DNA of 64,000 nt from Trichoplax sp. H2. Its lineage: Eukaryota. The position numbers and the translations under genes are program-made. This document shows positions 52,607-64,000 of the stretch, one piece after another. Location of the stretch: contig NOWV01000028.1 of assembly GCA_003344405.1 (NCBI GenBank), positions 434,001-498,000 of the forward strand, written 5' to 3'. The notes beneath the pieces are model-generated. The model made no database searches. It was not told the DNA's origin and saw only the letters and a list, made by a program, of their open reading frames with translations. How positions within the stretch are numbered: the first letter of the stretch is position 1; the number at the start of each line of letters is the position of its first letter.

Positions 52607-54286
52607 TCAATATTCGCGCTTAGCTCTGATGATATAACGTAGGCGAATTTGACTTTCATTATAAATGAAATAGGCATTGCCATAGAAATTTCCAAATGCT
52701 TCTGGCTCAATAGCCATTCCCTGGTGTATAGGCACTTCCTTACCATGAAATCTGATCTTGCTATCGTTCTCTGGATCAGTAAATCGATCTCCGCTGACAA
52801 CGACAGAATCGCAGCCTTGGGAAGCTGCCGTCAGAGAACGATTGCTGCCTACACCTTTAAATTGATGCTCCTTACCTAAAGCCACCTCTGCTAGAAAGAT
52901 AATACCATGATGAAGGCTCTTCAAATAACGAAGACCATCTGCTACGGTAGAATTAAAACAGAGAGCAGGACCAACAAATTCGTTGGTTAATGGTGAAATC
53001 CGTAGCCCATATTTTAAGATGGAAGCTGTGCTTGCTGCATGGGTACAAAACCATAATAATCGACGGTTTTGAATGGCGTCGTGTAGAGCAAATCGCTCAT
53101 CTTCACCTGGTCGATCCATTTGCCAGATATGAGTAATCTCCGTTGCCGAATATCGTGTGGACATAAAGTAGTTTTCAATGGTATTGTAGATCTCATCACC
53201 CGGATTCATAAGAGTTAACTTGACGTTTAATGCATGATAATAAGCAGTAAGTGACTGATTTTCGTCATTTAGTACTGTCGTTTCCTTGACTAAATCTCGT
53301 GCTATCCATACATCCATTAAGAGTTGAAGTTCTTTCCTTAACCTATTTAATTTCCACTCGTTATCGACCAATTTTTTCCCTCCATATCTGGAATAACTTA
53401 ATCCGTGATAGAATGACTTTGATAACTCCTGTACCAATTTGAATTCACCATTTTGGAGAGCCTCTTCAATGTCTTCTAATATGGAAAATCCCCAAACGAT
53501 AAGACCTTTGTTAACAACGCAACTTGGAAAAACCTTCTCATGTATTCCAATATTTTCAATAGCAATCTCCAGATATCTCTTGTCAGAAATGAATTCCATT
53601 AATTTTAGAGTTTCTCTACCAGGCTTATCATTGCTAACTTCTCCAGTGTTCGCTGATGTACTAGTTGCTGTACAGCCTTGATCTTCTTCAACCATTTCGA
53701 TCAAAATATACTGACCAGGATAGGGGATAAAATTTCCCCTATTCGACCAATTGTTCTTTGTTAAGTCTTTAAATTTCCTATTAAACATTTTGATGGCATC
53801 TTTAATGTTGTCGACAGGTCCATTTAATGCACAGTTATCTTCTTCCTCTTCACAACTCGATCGCATCCAAACGTAATAGAAATAAGTGCAGTCGATAAGT
53901 TGAATGATGCAATTATTATTTTCACCATCTTGGCTATTACTTTGCTCTAGTACACAGTGATAGTCCGCATAGATTGTACAAGGTTTAGGTCCATCATATG
54001 AATCATCCACTTTTGCTGATTTCTTGACTTGAACATTTATGCTGGTAGGACATGATTGTGGCTCTACATTCTCGCTTGATTTAGTTCTCTTATTAATAGC
54101 TTCGTTTGCGACATGATCTTGCTGATCGCTGTTGCATAATCGAGCTATGACCTCGGCCTTCTTACCACTTTCATCTAGATTACGTTTTTTGCATTCATTT
54201 TTTAGTTTTTTAAGGTCCATTCGATTGTAATCAATATCAGCTGAGCCATTGCTGTTATTTTGAGGAGCCTTTCTCTTGGGAGCCAT
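52607..54286 (-). CDS. Intronless PARP3-type protein (SAP + degenerate WGR + PARP regulatory + ART domain), predicted catalytically dead, 559 aa
   Basis: One uninterrupted ORF from ATG 54286 (MAPKRK). SAP box YNRMDLKKLKNECKKRNLDESGKKAEVIARL; WGR-type FNRKFKDLTKNNWSNRGNFIPYPGQYILIE; regulatory GFSILEDIEEAL; ART-domain NRRLLW..ILKYGLRISP, IFLAEVALGKEH, DSVV and IYNESQIRLRYII. Confidence 0.88.
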   Translation of the reverse strand: MAPKRKAPQNNSNGSADIDYNRMDLKKLKNECKKRNLDESGKKAEVIARLCNSDQQDHVANEAINKRTKSSENVEPQSCPTSINVQVKKSAKVDDSYDGPKPCTIYADYHCVLEQSNSQDGENNNCIIQLIDCTYFYYVWMRSSCEEEEDNCALNGPVDNIKDAIKMFNRKFKDLTKNNWSNRGNFIPYPGQYILIEMVEEDQGCTATSTSANTGEVSNDKPGRETLKLMEFISDKRYLEIAIENIGIHEKVFPSCVVNKGLIVWGFSILEDIEEALQNGEFKLVQELSKSFYHGLSYSRYGGKKLVDNEWKLNRLRKELQLLMDVWIARDLVKETTVLNDENQSLTAYYHALNVKLTLMNPGDEIYNTIENYFMSTRYSATEITHIWQMDRPGEDERFALHDAIQNRRLLWFCTHAASTASILKYGLRISPLTNEFVGPALCFNSTVADGLRYLKSLHHGIIFLAEVALGKEHQFKGVGSNRSLTAASQGCDSVVVSGDRFTDPENDSKIRFHGKEVPIHQGMAIEPEAFGNFYGNAYFIYNESQIRLRYIIRAKREY

Positions 54287-54304
54287 TGCTACGTTGTAGT
54301 GTAA

Positions 54305-54560
54305 TGCTGATACTATATTCAATACAGAAGGTGGTAAATCAGGTGATGAAAAGAGCTAACATTACGGCTATTGCAGTTCCATCAATTAGGCTTGAATGTC
54401 CATTTCATTCTATCTATAATATTGATACTATATCCAATTTAGAAGGTGGCAAATCAGGTGATAAAAAAGCTAATATTACGGCTTTTACAGTTACGTCAAT
54501 CAAACTTGAATTTCTATTCTATACGATGCCTAATATATATAGCATATATCCTTTCCAATC
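54305..54560. repeat. About 115-bp tandem duplication immediately upstream of the PARP ATG
   Basis: tgatactatat.caat..agaaggtgg.aaatcaggtgat.aaaa.agctaa.attacggct at about 54308 and 54423. Confidence 0.8.
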
Positions 54561-54949
54561 TCCAATAGATAGACATCTAAAATGCATAAATTATAAGTCA
54601 TTAGAATTACAATTACAATGCATTCTATAGAATGATCCTCTTCATCCCTAATATACCCGATAATTACCTTGTTGACATAGTGGATATGATTATCTTGGTA
54701 ATTAAAAGTCATGTCTAAAAGCATGGAGAATAATCATGTAACTCTAGTGATAGAGGAATAGGAGGTGTGGTATTTTAATCATATTTAGTCTAGTAACTTT
54801 GTAGAATATTGAAACCATGTTAGGTATGATTAAAATAGCTGCTACAAGAAACTGTATATCGCATATATAAATAAGCTTAAAGTCCACGTGGGTAAGTTAT
54901 ATGGTGCTTAGTTCCTATGTTTGCTTTTATTTAAACTGACTATGCGTTT

Positions 54950-55650
54950 GATCAACGATCTATACAAAGTTGTGGATCTAATCAACTACTATACTAACAT
55001 TGATCACTTTATTCAGAGCATTATATTGGAAAATGGGTTCGATTTAGCGAGGTATATTTAATTATTGTATTGCCGTCCTAGAACCGTGGCAGATACTATA
55101 GAAACTCGTAAATTGAGCAAATCAAGAACCTGAAGATCTCATAAATATCTTTAGGCCGCTTGATCTTGCTAGTTAGAGTTAGTGAAGTCTTGATTTAAAT
55201 TAGTCGATCCATACGTAGATATACGTAGAGTTGAGATTTTTATCGGAATAAAATTCAATTCAGTTATAAATTCGGCTTGATTGGGCCTAAGTTATATCGT
55301 CTTCAGTTCCTTGTTCTGCTTCTATTTGAGCTAATCATGCACTAGCTTAACGATCTATACAAAGTTGTAGATCGAATCAACTACCGTACCAACATTTATC
55401 ACCTTATTTATAATATCATATTGGGAAATGCAGTGGCAGACATTGTAGAAACTCGTAAATTGAGCAGATTAGAAATCTGAGGATCTGATAAACATCTTTA
55501 GACTACTTGATCTTGCTAGTTGTGGTCCGAAATTGACTAAAAGCATTTGTTTAAATTAGTCGATTCATACTTAGATATGTGTAGAGCTGAGATTTCTATC
55601 GTAATAAAGTTGGATTCGGCTATAAGTTAGTTTCGATTGAGCTTACGGTA
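54950..55650. repeat. About 395-bp degenerate direct duplication
   Basis: aacgatctatacaaagttgt.gatc.aatcaactac at 54954 and 55349. Blocks tagaaactcgtaaattgagca and cttgatcttgctagtt also occur twice. Confidence 0.85.
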
Positions 55651-56942
55651 AATAATTTCGTAAGCTTTATTACTCTACTTTACCATACTCTACTGCAATT
55701 ATTGTTTCATTACATGATTTAATGTATGGATATTTTCAGTATCACTTCCACATGCTTACATACACATATGGGCTCCAGCGCTGATTTTTAAATGGCCCAA
55801 GTTATATCATGATGTCAACACATTTATAGCCGGTGTTACAGTTTGTAAATACTCCTCAAAAATATCAAATCATCAAAGTAATTGCACATGTAGTGTTTTA
55901 TTAATTTTCTTTCAAGTATAAGTAACGGTAACGATCAACTATTAATAATTATAGCAACTTGATACCATATTTTATATCCAGTTTGTCTCATAACACCAAA
56001 CAAAGTTATTATGTGATGAAGGGTAATATTGAGCACATTGGCGATTATAAATAATCATAAATAATATGAATGGATAAATTAGAATCATTAGCGTTTTATC
56101 TATCATCTAACTATTGGCTACACGGCCTACTAACTACGGTTTAAAATCTAAAGGGCCGAAAGCTAATTGCAGAAAGATATCACCAGAATAAATACAAATC
56201 AACTAATATCTTATATTTGATTAAATGCAGCAGAATTTTGAGCATTCTACTTATTATCCTACCAGCACTCATCATTTAATTATATATTGTGAATGCAATA
56301 AATTATTATGAACAGGCTTTTCTACCTGCTATATAACCATTCTCACCTTACGCTAATTACTGTAAATATTTAACGCAATCATATTAAATTAGAAAAAATG
56401 TTATCTAGCTGAGGTAATCATAAAGAGCCAAGTGTTTTTCTGGAAAGTTTCCATTTTTGTTAGATAATACCTTCTTGATTATACTGATTATTTATGATTG
56501 TAAAAATATTCTAATTTTTCAAATTGGATAGAATCACTATCATGTATACTAGTAAAGGCAGAATATTTTGAGACTTTCAAATCGATTCCTCAAAATTATG
56601 TTCGAGGGACAATCAGCTGTCTTTTATAATACATTACTACAGATGCAGTCAGATAGCTATTGTTATATCTATCCGACTAACACATACTTCATTGGTGTTT
56701 AAAAGTTGAAATATAATACTCTCAGTATTAAAGTGATTGACAATTACATAAGAATTCTAATAGAAATTGTTCATTAATATTGGTATTTTTCTCGTGTAAA
56801 AAGCCTAAAATCCCTTGCTCCTTTTTCGATCACCTAATCCGATTGGAGGCATAAAAAAATAATAGAACTTAATATCTGATTATAAAGAAGGACAAAATAT
56901 TTCATGATTGCTTTGATAAATTTACCTTGGATTCTATTTATA

Positions 56943-59900
56943 CTATTGGTAGGAGTTATAATTAAGCGCTTTACCTTTTACATCAGCATCTTTCCCACCA
57001 GTTGCACCATCAGGTTCGTCATTATTGTTAACTAAAGCTGGCGGTAATTCATCCTTTTCTTCTAGAGCCTTTTTAGCAAGATATTCTTCGCGTTTAATTT
57101 TTATCTGTAAGCTTTCCGGAATATCAGGAACTAAAATATCAATCAGGACTGATGTTGCAAACACGAAATGCTGCAACAAGAAGGTACAAGAGGTAAGAAA
57201 TGTAGCCATTTTAAGATATTAACTTAAACATAAGTTTATGTTATAACTTATTTACTACGACGAAAAAATAAAATTGATGACCTCGATGGATCTGTCAGTA
57301 ACAGAACTAATATCTGCATCATTGACATATATTCAATCACTTTTCCCATAAATTAATGGAATGGGCATTTGGTTATAGTTTTAAATTACGGAATTCTTGC
57401 GTTATAGCACAAGATTCAGATAGTGAATCATGTTTCAACGCACTTGCTCATAATCTAGCGATCCAATAATTTTATCTTGTTTATAGTACTTGGGATAGGA
57501 AGTAAAGCTCAAATTGAAACCAATAAATAAGGATTTACAAACTATACTGAGATTTAACTGTTTACAATATCTCTCTCGTGATGCTAAACATGTTCTAGTT
57601 TGAACTGAATGCATACCTCAAAGGCTACGACAAAAGCCAATCTAATAGCGGTTAACTTCCAGTAAAAAAATGTTAATTTTCCTTCGTGATCACGATAACC
57701 TCGGTATCTATATTTAAGAAAAAAATATGCAATATAACTTAGTTATTTCATACTTGTCCATAAATAGAGATTTTAGGTAATAATTTGATATCTTTTCATT
57801 ATTTTATATAATGATATCGATCAGACAAGAAATAACTTAGCTACTCCCTAATTTTAGGTATTTAAAGATTAGGAATCTCAATATAAGTATGACAAATTTA
57901 AGACAATGATAATAAAAAAAACCTTGAATATCATCCTATTTACATATCACATAGCCATAGGTAACAGTGAAAATTGAACTTAAAGATATAATCTAGTTTT
58001 ATAATAGAGCTACATCTTACTTGTATGGAAGTATACTGACAATAGCTCTATAAATCAGGTGACTAATTTTTGTATTAGATTTAACTCATGCTCACAAATG
58101 TAGTAGATAGTACTTAAAATAAGTAATGCTCAAGCTAAAACATCAAACTAGAATATATAAGAGGTCAAGGGTGAGGCTGTATGTTAAGATTGCTAATTTC
58201 AAAATGATCCTGATCTATTTACCTGCATGGACGTTCCGTTGTTCCTTCAGGTGCCCAAGATAAGGTGTAATTTAAATAACCCTCAAGAGAAGGATCAACA
58301 GTATACTGGTATAGCAATTTAGGCATGAACTCCGATGTAAACGCAATTATAAAAGCCTAAAATGAAGTAAATGGTCATTAAATTAATATCACATTTTTTC
58401 ACGATTTCGTTTTCATCTTCATGTAAATTAGTATATTAGCACAAGGCAACTTAACCGACAACCTTACATTACTTACATTGCAAAGTACAGCAATTCTAGT
58501 TACTACATTTAAAATAGTAAACCAGACACCAATATCTTCGGCTTTATAAGCAACAGGGCGACGCGATTGTGTTACATATTTACTCGCATCTAACCGAATT
58601 TCAAGCCAGTTATTGAGTAAAGCAAAGAAAGGAGCCAAAGGAAATGCAACCACAAAGATCGTTGTAAAGCCGTACTGAATAACTAAAATAAAACAATTAA
58701 AGAGTGATTATTAAAAAGTATATGGCAGAATCGTAAATTTATAGTTAAATAAATATCTAAATGCGTATCAATGAATATACTAGTACTTAATGCATCAGTA
58801 TGACATTAAAACTAACGCCACGAAATGCTTGGATATGCTTGAAAATAAACATCTTGGAATCAATTATTCAGAATCAACTAAGATTTTAGAATTATTCGAG
58901 TTCAAAGATTATATATTAAACTAAGTTTACATTTGATTGCCTTTAAATATAACTTACTATATCGTATGACAAGTAATGATGATATTAATGTGCTGGCGAA
59001 ACTACGGTGCTGATACTAGGTCTAGCAAATTCTTTAATTGCAACGATAATATTAATGCATTAGTGAAGCTACTTGAAACTAGATTTAGCAAATCCTTTAA
59101 TTCTATCGATAATATTAATGTGTTGATGAAACTGCTTGGTACTAGGTCTAGTAAGTTTTTAAATTGAGACGATGTTATTAATGCATTGGTGAAATTACTA
59201 AATCTAGCAAATCCTTTAATTATAACGATAATATTAATACGTTGGCGAAACTACTTGATACTAGATCTTGCATATCTTCTAATAATAACGTTGTTTCATG
59301 CGTAGCTAGATGTTGCTATGGTTGAATAAAATAATTTTATGAAGGTTTTTCATATCCATTAATTTTATTTTCCTAATCGTCTGACTAAGGGTAAATAAAA
59401 CCGCTAGTATGATTTATTGCTATTTATAGAGAAAATTTTCTATCATTCCAGAAGCTAAGCAGTATCATTAAATCATCGATTGATCTATACGATATACTCA
59501 TATTAGATGTACGGATAGCTAAAAAGGGATTTATAGACTTTGTAGTAATTATGAATATTATTAATCAAATGGTCCAATTTGATTCAAAATTATCCTTCGA
59601 TAAGTTGGAATACTGGTATAAAGCATATGAGCTTATTAACCCTGAATAAGATGCTCCTCATCTATAGACTATGCCCAACTAGGCACATTAACTTTCTATG
59701 ATAGATAGTCTTATAGTCCCTAAAATTAAGATGGAAATATTGTCTATCAATACTTACTCATTTCTAAGTATTCGCCAAAAAGTGGTTCATCCGGTTCCAG
59801 AGTGTAGTCTTCCTCCCATCTTGGCACTAGAGAATCATTACTGTTCGCTTTTGCACTAGCTCCAATTAGCGGTTTATGTTCAGATCTCTTACGGCTTGCT

Positions 59901-62900
59901 GAGCTATTTATAGCTTTTTCTTTTGCCTTTTTATTCTTACTGACTTTTCGCTTTCTGAGGTAATTCTTAACAATCCTAGCCAATTTCAAATAAAGGAATA
60001 AAATCAAGTTATGAAGATATCTAGCATACCGCATTTACATTTATCTTGATCATAAGCCTTCTTTAGTTCATATAACGACATGACCTGGTGCTTGCAATTA
60101 ATGGTTCGAAAATTATTAAAATTATTTTTACTTACGGAATTAGAAATTCTTTAGCATTTCCAATCATTTGTTTACCGATCATAATGATGGCTAATTGTTG
60201 AGATAACTCAGGCAAGCAACCAGCTGTTCCACACTGTAGGCAACAATAATAACAATTTAGATCAAGATTAATGATTGTGAATAGTTTGTATGATTTTGAT
60301 GTAAACTTACACTCGCTAATCGAACACCAAATACTTTATTGTAATGGCCAGGATACCCATCAAATCTAGCCGTAATATTGCACATGATAAATAATTTAGT
60401 GATTTAATTTAGTAAAGGCAAATATAGTTCGATCAATGCCTAGAAAGTGTCGATGTATTATTACAAATGACAACTTAATTATGCTTACCTTCCTTTAAAG
60501 AACGCGATATAAAATATGCTCCCGTAAAAGTTAGCAAATTGAAAGCAAAAGACTTTGAATGTTAATTGATCCTCATATTCAGTTTGGGTGCGATGGAGTT
60601 CTAACAGGTGAATTAATAAGGCAAATAAAAAAAATCTTTTTAACTTAAACAATACTATATAAAATTGAATGGGTAAATATCGATGTATATGGTAGAAAGT
60701 GCCAGTAAACGAATTAATTTTGGATAATACAATGTTATAAATCAATAAAGAGATTTTTTCAAGTTAAATACCCCAATCAGTGAGCTTGACTGCCAATTTG
60801 GTATAAAACTAAAATAGAAAATAAGGTTGATACAAAATTAAGATTAATCATTACATACTAATATAAATAAAGGTAGAAAAGGGAATATACCCTATTTTTG
60901 TAACTGTACAATGAAATTGCATTTGTTTGTTTACCGTGCTCAGCAGCATAATTAAGATTAAATTAATGACAGTGCCAGAAATCGACGCAATCATGCTTGC
61001 CATGCTACCTAAGCCTTTGACCGAATGCAACAGTAAGGAGATACCAGCTCGATATACCAAGACCGCAATCAGACAAATGACAACCATGCACAACTATATG
61101 CAAAAGTAAAATATTTTATGGATTAAAATTATCCTGAATAAGGATAGGATTTACACTGGAATTTAAAAGCGAGCACTAATTACGGTAAAACTGAAACCCT
61201 TTATTTTCAAGACTTATGATATTCCATAAGTAAAAAAAATAGCTAATTGCTAAAATATTCTTTATCAGTTGAAATAAATAATTTTCGATGTATATATACG
61301 GCTTGATCTCCGAAGAGACCTACGCAATTAATACTAAAATATGAGATAGAACTTATGTTCTTTAGCTTACCATGACTAGTAGCACTGTAACTCCCGTCAA
61401 ATAACGTGGAAGTCGCGTTGATGGCGGCATATAGGGTTCTACCTCATCCGTTATGGGATTATTTCTTTTAGAGGGTGCGAATGCTGAAAATTGAGCCCTA
61501 GGACGTTCCTTATAAACCCAAACAGTTTTACATCGATATTAATATTTAATTAAAAGTGGCATTAGCACTTAATTATTATAGGAAGCAAACTATATGATTC
61601 GTAAAGACTCATATGTTTAAAAAACTATTGCATAATTTATATGACCTCTTCTTCCTCAAAACCCAACGTATCCCACTGATGAGCTAATGTTACTTCTTTT
61701 CGTTTCCAGAATTCCAGGAAAAATACCGCTATCATAACGTGGTATCATAATATGAAAATAGAAAATATGATATTTGTTCTTCTGTACAACAGTACCAGAA
61801 ACTTGGAACATTATGATTATAAATTAAAGAATTAATGGCTATTACTCATACCCCAGAAGCAAATAAAGACAGAATAAAAAACAGTGCTTGGATTATCTAC
61901 TATATAAGCCAGCTAAAATCATGGAGTAGAAAAGAGATTCAATAACATGATTTAGTTACACCAAAAGAATTCTTTAATGTGGATTCTTAATAATGTTTAC
62001 GGTGATAATTTAGCACATTCTGAAAATTTTTTTCATTTAAAACATTCTATTGTCTAATATTTTTATTATCGCGTTAAGAAAGTAAAATTTTTATACTTCA
62101 GAATATATTATATTAAGATAGGGTATAAATATGCATTGTCCTGATCGAAATATGCTTTGATTGTATACCTTCGTTTTCCCACACGCATTCGATAAATTCC
62201 AGTATTTGCAACCAGCTTTGACAGGACATCGTGGGCACATTACCATATGTTTGCCTTCGTTGCATACCTGATGACTAAATATTGTCCAAGTAAGATTTAT
62301 TTAGAGTCGATTTAAATGGTAAAATATAATACGATGTTCATTAGTCAATTTGATCCTTAAGATGTTTATGATATTTGCACCTACAGTTGTATCGCTATCA
62401 CATAAATATTATCAAACGGTATTGCTATCTGAATATAGCTGTCATTAGAGGAATGGTTTCATAAGTAGTCGTATACTGTATGGCAAGCTGATCAAACTAA
62501 TATTCTCGTATTACGTGGTATAATAATTGTAGATACTGATACTGCTTGTATATTAAAAATTATTTTTCGGTTTTCTATTGTACATTGCTTACTATTCTAA
62601 CCTCAAATGCATTTACAGAATTATCTATGCGTATAAAGGTTAATGTTATACAATAAATCAATAGTATATCTCATTGAACTTACGCTATTGGATTCTGATT
62701 CATTGTTAATATACTATATATAAAAACTAAAAATCCCATAGTAGCTGCTGGTAGTAACCAAGCTGTATAAAACCCTATAGAAATAGTAAAAAAATTCATA
62801 TTGTAACCGATAACCTGCATAATGACTAGTCCTGTAAGGAATAGTTTGGATTGAGTATTTATACTCTGTGAAAAAATCTAGACTCGAATTAATTAGTATT

Positions 62901-63877
62901 GTAAGGAATATGCTGAACGTACCTAACCACGCAAAATATATAGCAACTTTTTCGCCGAAATACAATCGAATATTTTCAATTGGTTGATATTTATACCATA
63001 TACTAAATCTTCCCCAATATTTGCGTAATATCTATAAGAATAGGAGAGATTATTTCAGATTATTTAGCAATAAATCGTGTTATAGTTACTGCATTAATTT
63101 GCTAAAAATGCATATATCTATAGTAGCAGTTAATGAGGATAGTAATTTCGATAGTCGATTTATAACTAACATTTCGTGCATTATAATAATCTTCACGGGG
63201 CAGTGGATTCTTCTGCAGATCAACTTCTTCTGTATAGATATTTTTATAGTTTCCCTACAATCAGTACCACAGTCCCCCAAAATTAGCAGTATTATAATTA
63301 AAATTTATGCATAAATTCGAATCGTAAACTTGATGTAATTGCTATGCTATTTGCATTGTTTGGCCAGCTTGGTCATTACATCTATTATAGTAGTATTGAG
63401 CTGACAATTATATAAAGAATGTCATATCGTTATTACATCATGTAATGGATAACCAGCAGTGAATATTCCTTCCTGTTCTAAACGATCGATCCCTGTTAAA
63501 CGTAATTTATACGATATTTATGATACACTGCAATGTATAATTTATATATAATTACTTCAATTTAATTTATGAAACTGCAATTATATATCATGTATATGTT
63601 GTAGTAAAATGGCTAACCAATTTCTCCTCGTCGTTTCGAACCATATGGCATATTTGCTAATATGTGATATGCCTGTGAAAATTAAGTAAGTTATATTATC
63701 TAGTTATTTCACAATTTTATCAATTTAATTGGAATAACTCAAATATTAATGCTTTGATGACTAATTTAAAGGTTGATGGGTACAAATATAAATCAGGTGA
63801 GACTAAATCTATGTAATACCACTCGTGATCTTTCGGCAGATGTAAACATTGTTTCAGGATCGCGATGGCCAATAAAC
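56943..63877 (-). CDS. Anoctamin / TMEM16 paralogue B (ANO7-like), 5' part outside the window
   Basis: Exons give [135 protein letters not shown] and LVPDIP. The terminal exon may be extended by splicing to 56833-56805. Confidence 0.92.
58975..59285. repeat. Intronic minisatellite, about 5 units of 57-69 bp
   Basis: gataatattaatg..ttg.tgaaactacttga.actag.tctagcaaat.ctttaatt repeated. Confidence 0.88.
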
Positions 63878-64000
63878 CTAACAGCAAGAATGAAATGTTA
63901 CTTATATAATTATAAGTATATTATAAATTTCTTAACTAATACGTAATTACCACTTTAACTAAGCAGAATACATACAAGTATACGTAAATCTACTTGTATG

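Noticed and set aside
52600..53681. Overlapping antisense or alternate-frame ORFs within the PARP gene
   Set aside because: They are shadow ORFs of a long coding sequence, with no independent support.
54287..54322. N-terminal extension MNIVSALHYNVA of the PARP ORF
   Set aside because: It starts at a non-ATG codon inside the upstream tandem repeat. MAPKRK at 54286 is the plausible start.
56926..56933. 8-nt micro-exon in anoctamin B
   Set aside because: It would need a 41-nt intron, shorter than the other introns seen in this window.

Overview
AT-rich, intron-rich eukaryotic DNA from a compact animal genome. Gene structure and composition suggest a placozoan such as Trichoplax; this is inference only. 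I spliced the genes by hand. In order: (1) the last two exons of a Gln/Pro/Met-rich gene (+); (2) a 4-exon class I SAM methyltransferase (-); (3) CTDNEP1/Dullard (+, 8 exons); (4) PPP1R7/SDS22 (-, 10 exons); (5) UTP3/SAS10 (+, about 19 exons); (6) SZRD1 (-, 5 exons); (7) two tandem anoctamin (TMEM16, ANO7-like) genes (-), the second running off the window. Between the two anoctamins lies an intronless SAP-WGR-PARP gene of the PARP3 type. Most notable: (a) that PARP has an intact 559-aa ORF but has lost the whole H-Y-E catalytic triad and the WGR motif. (b) The divergent PPP1R7/UTP3 promoter holds a non-autonomous element with long degenerate inverted repeats around a ~230-bp tandem array. Each unit carries a 36-bp palindrome with YY1-like half-sites, and a second array nearby reuses the same terminal motif. 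(c) TACAGTA/GTAC clusters mark the 5' ends of the housekeeping genes. (d) The anoctamin paralogues differ reciprocally in introns, and their linkage to PPP1R7 recalls the human PPP1R7-ANO7 pair. No rRNA, tRNA or CRISPR was recognised. A 20-N gap lies at 21720-21739.
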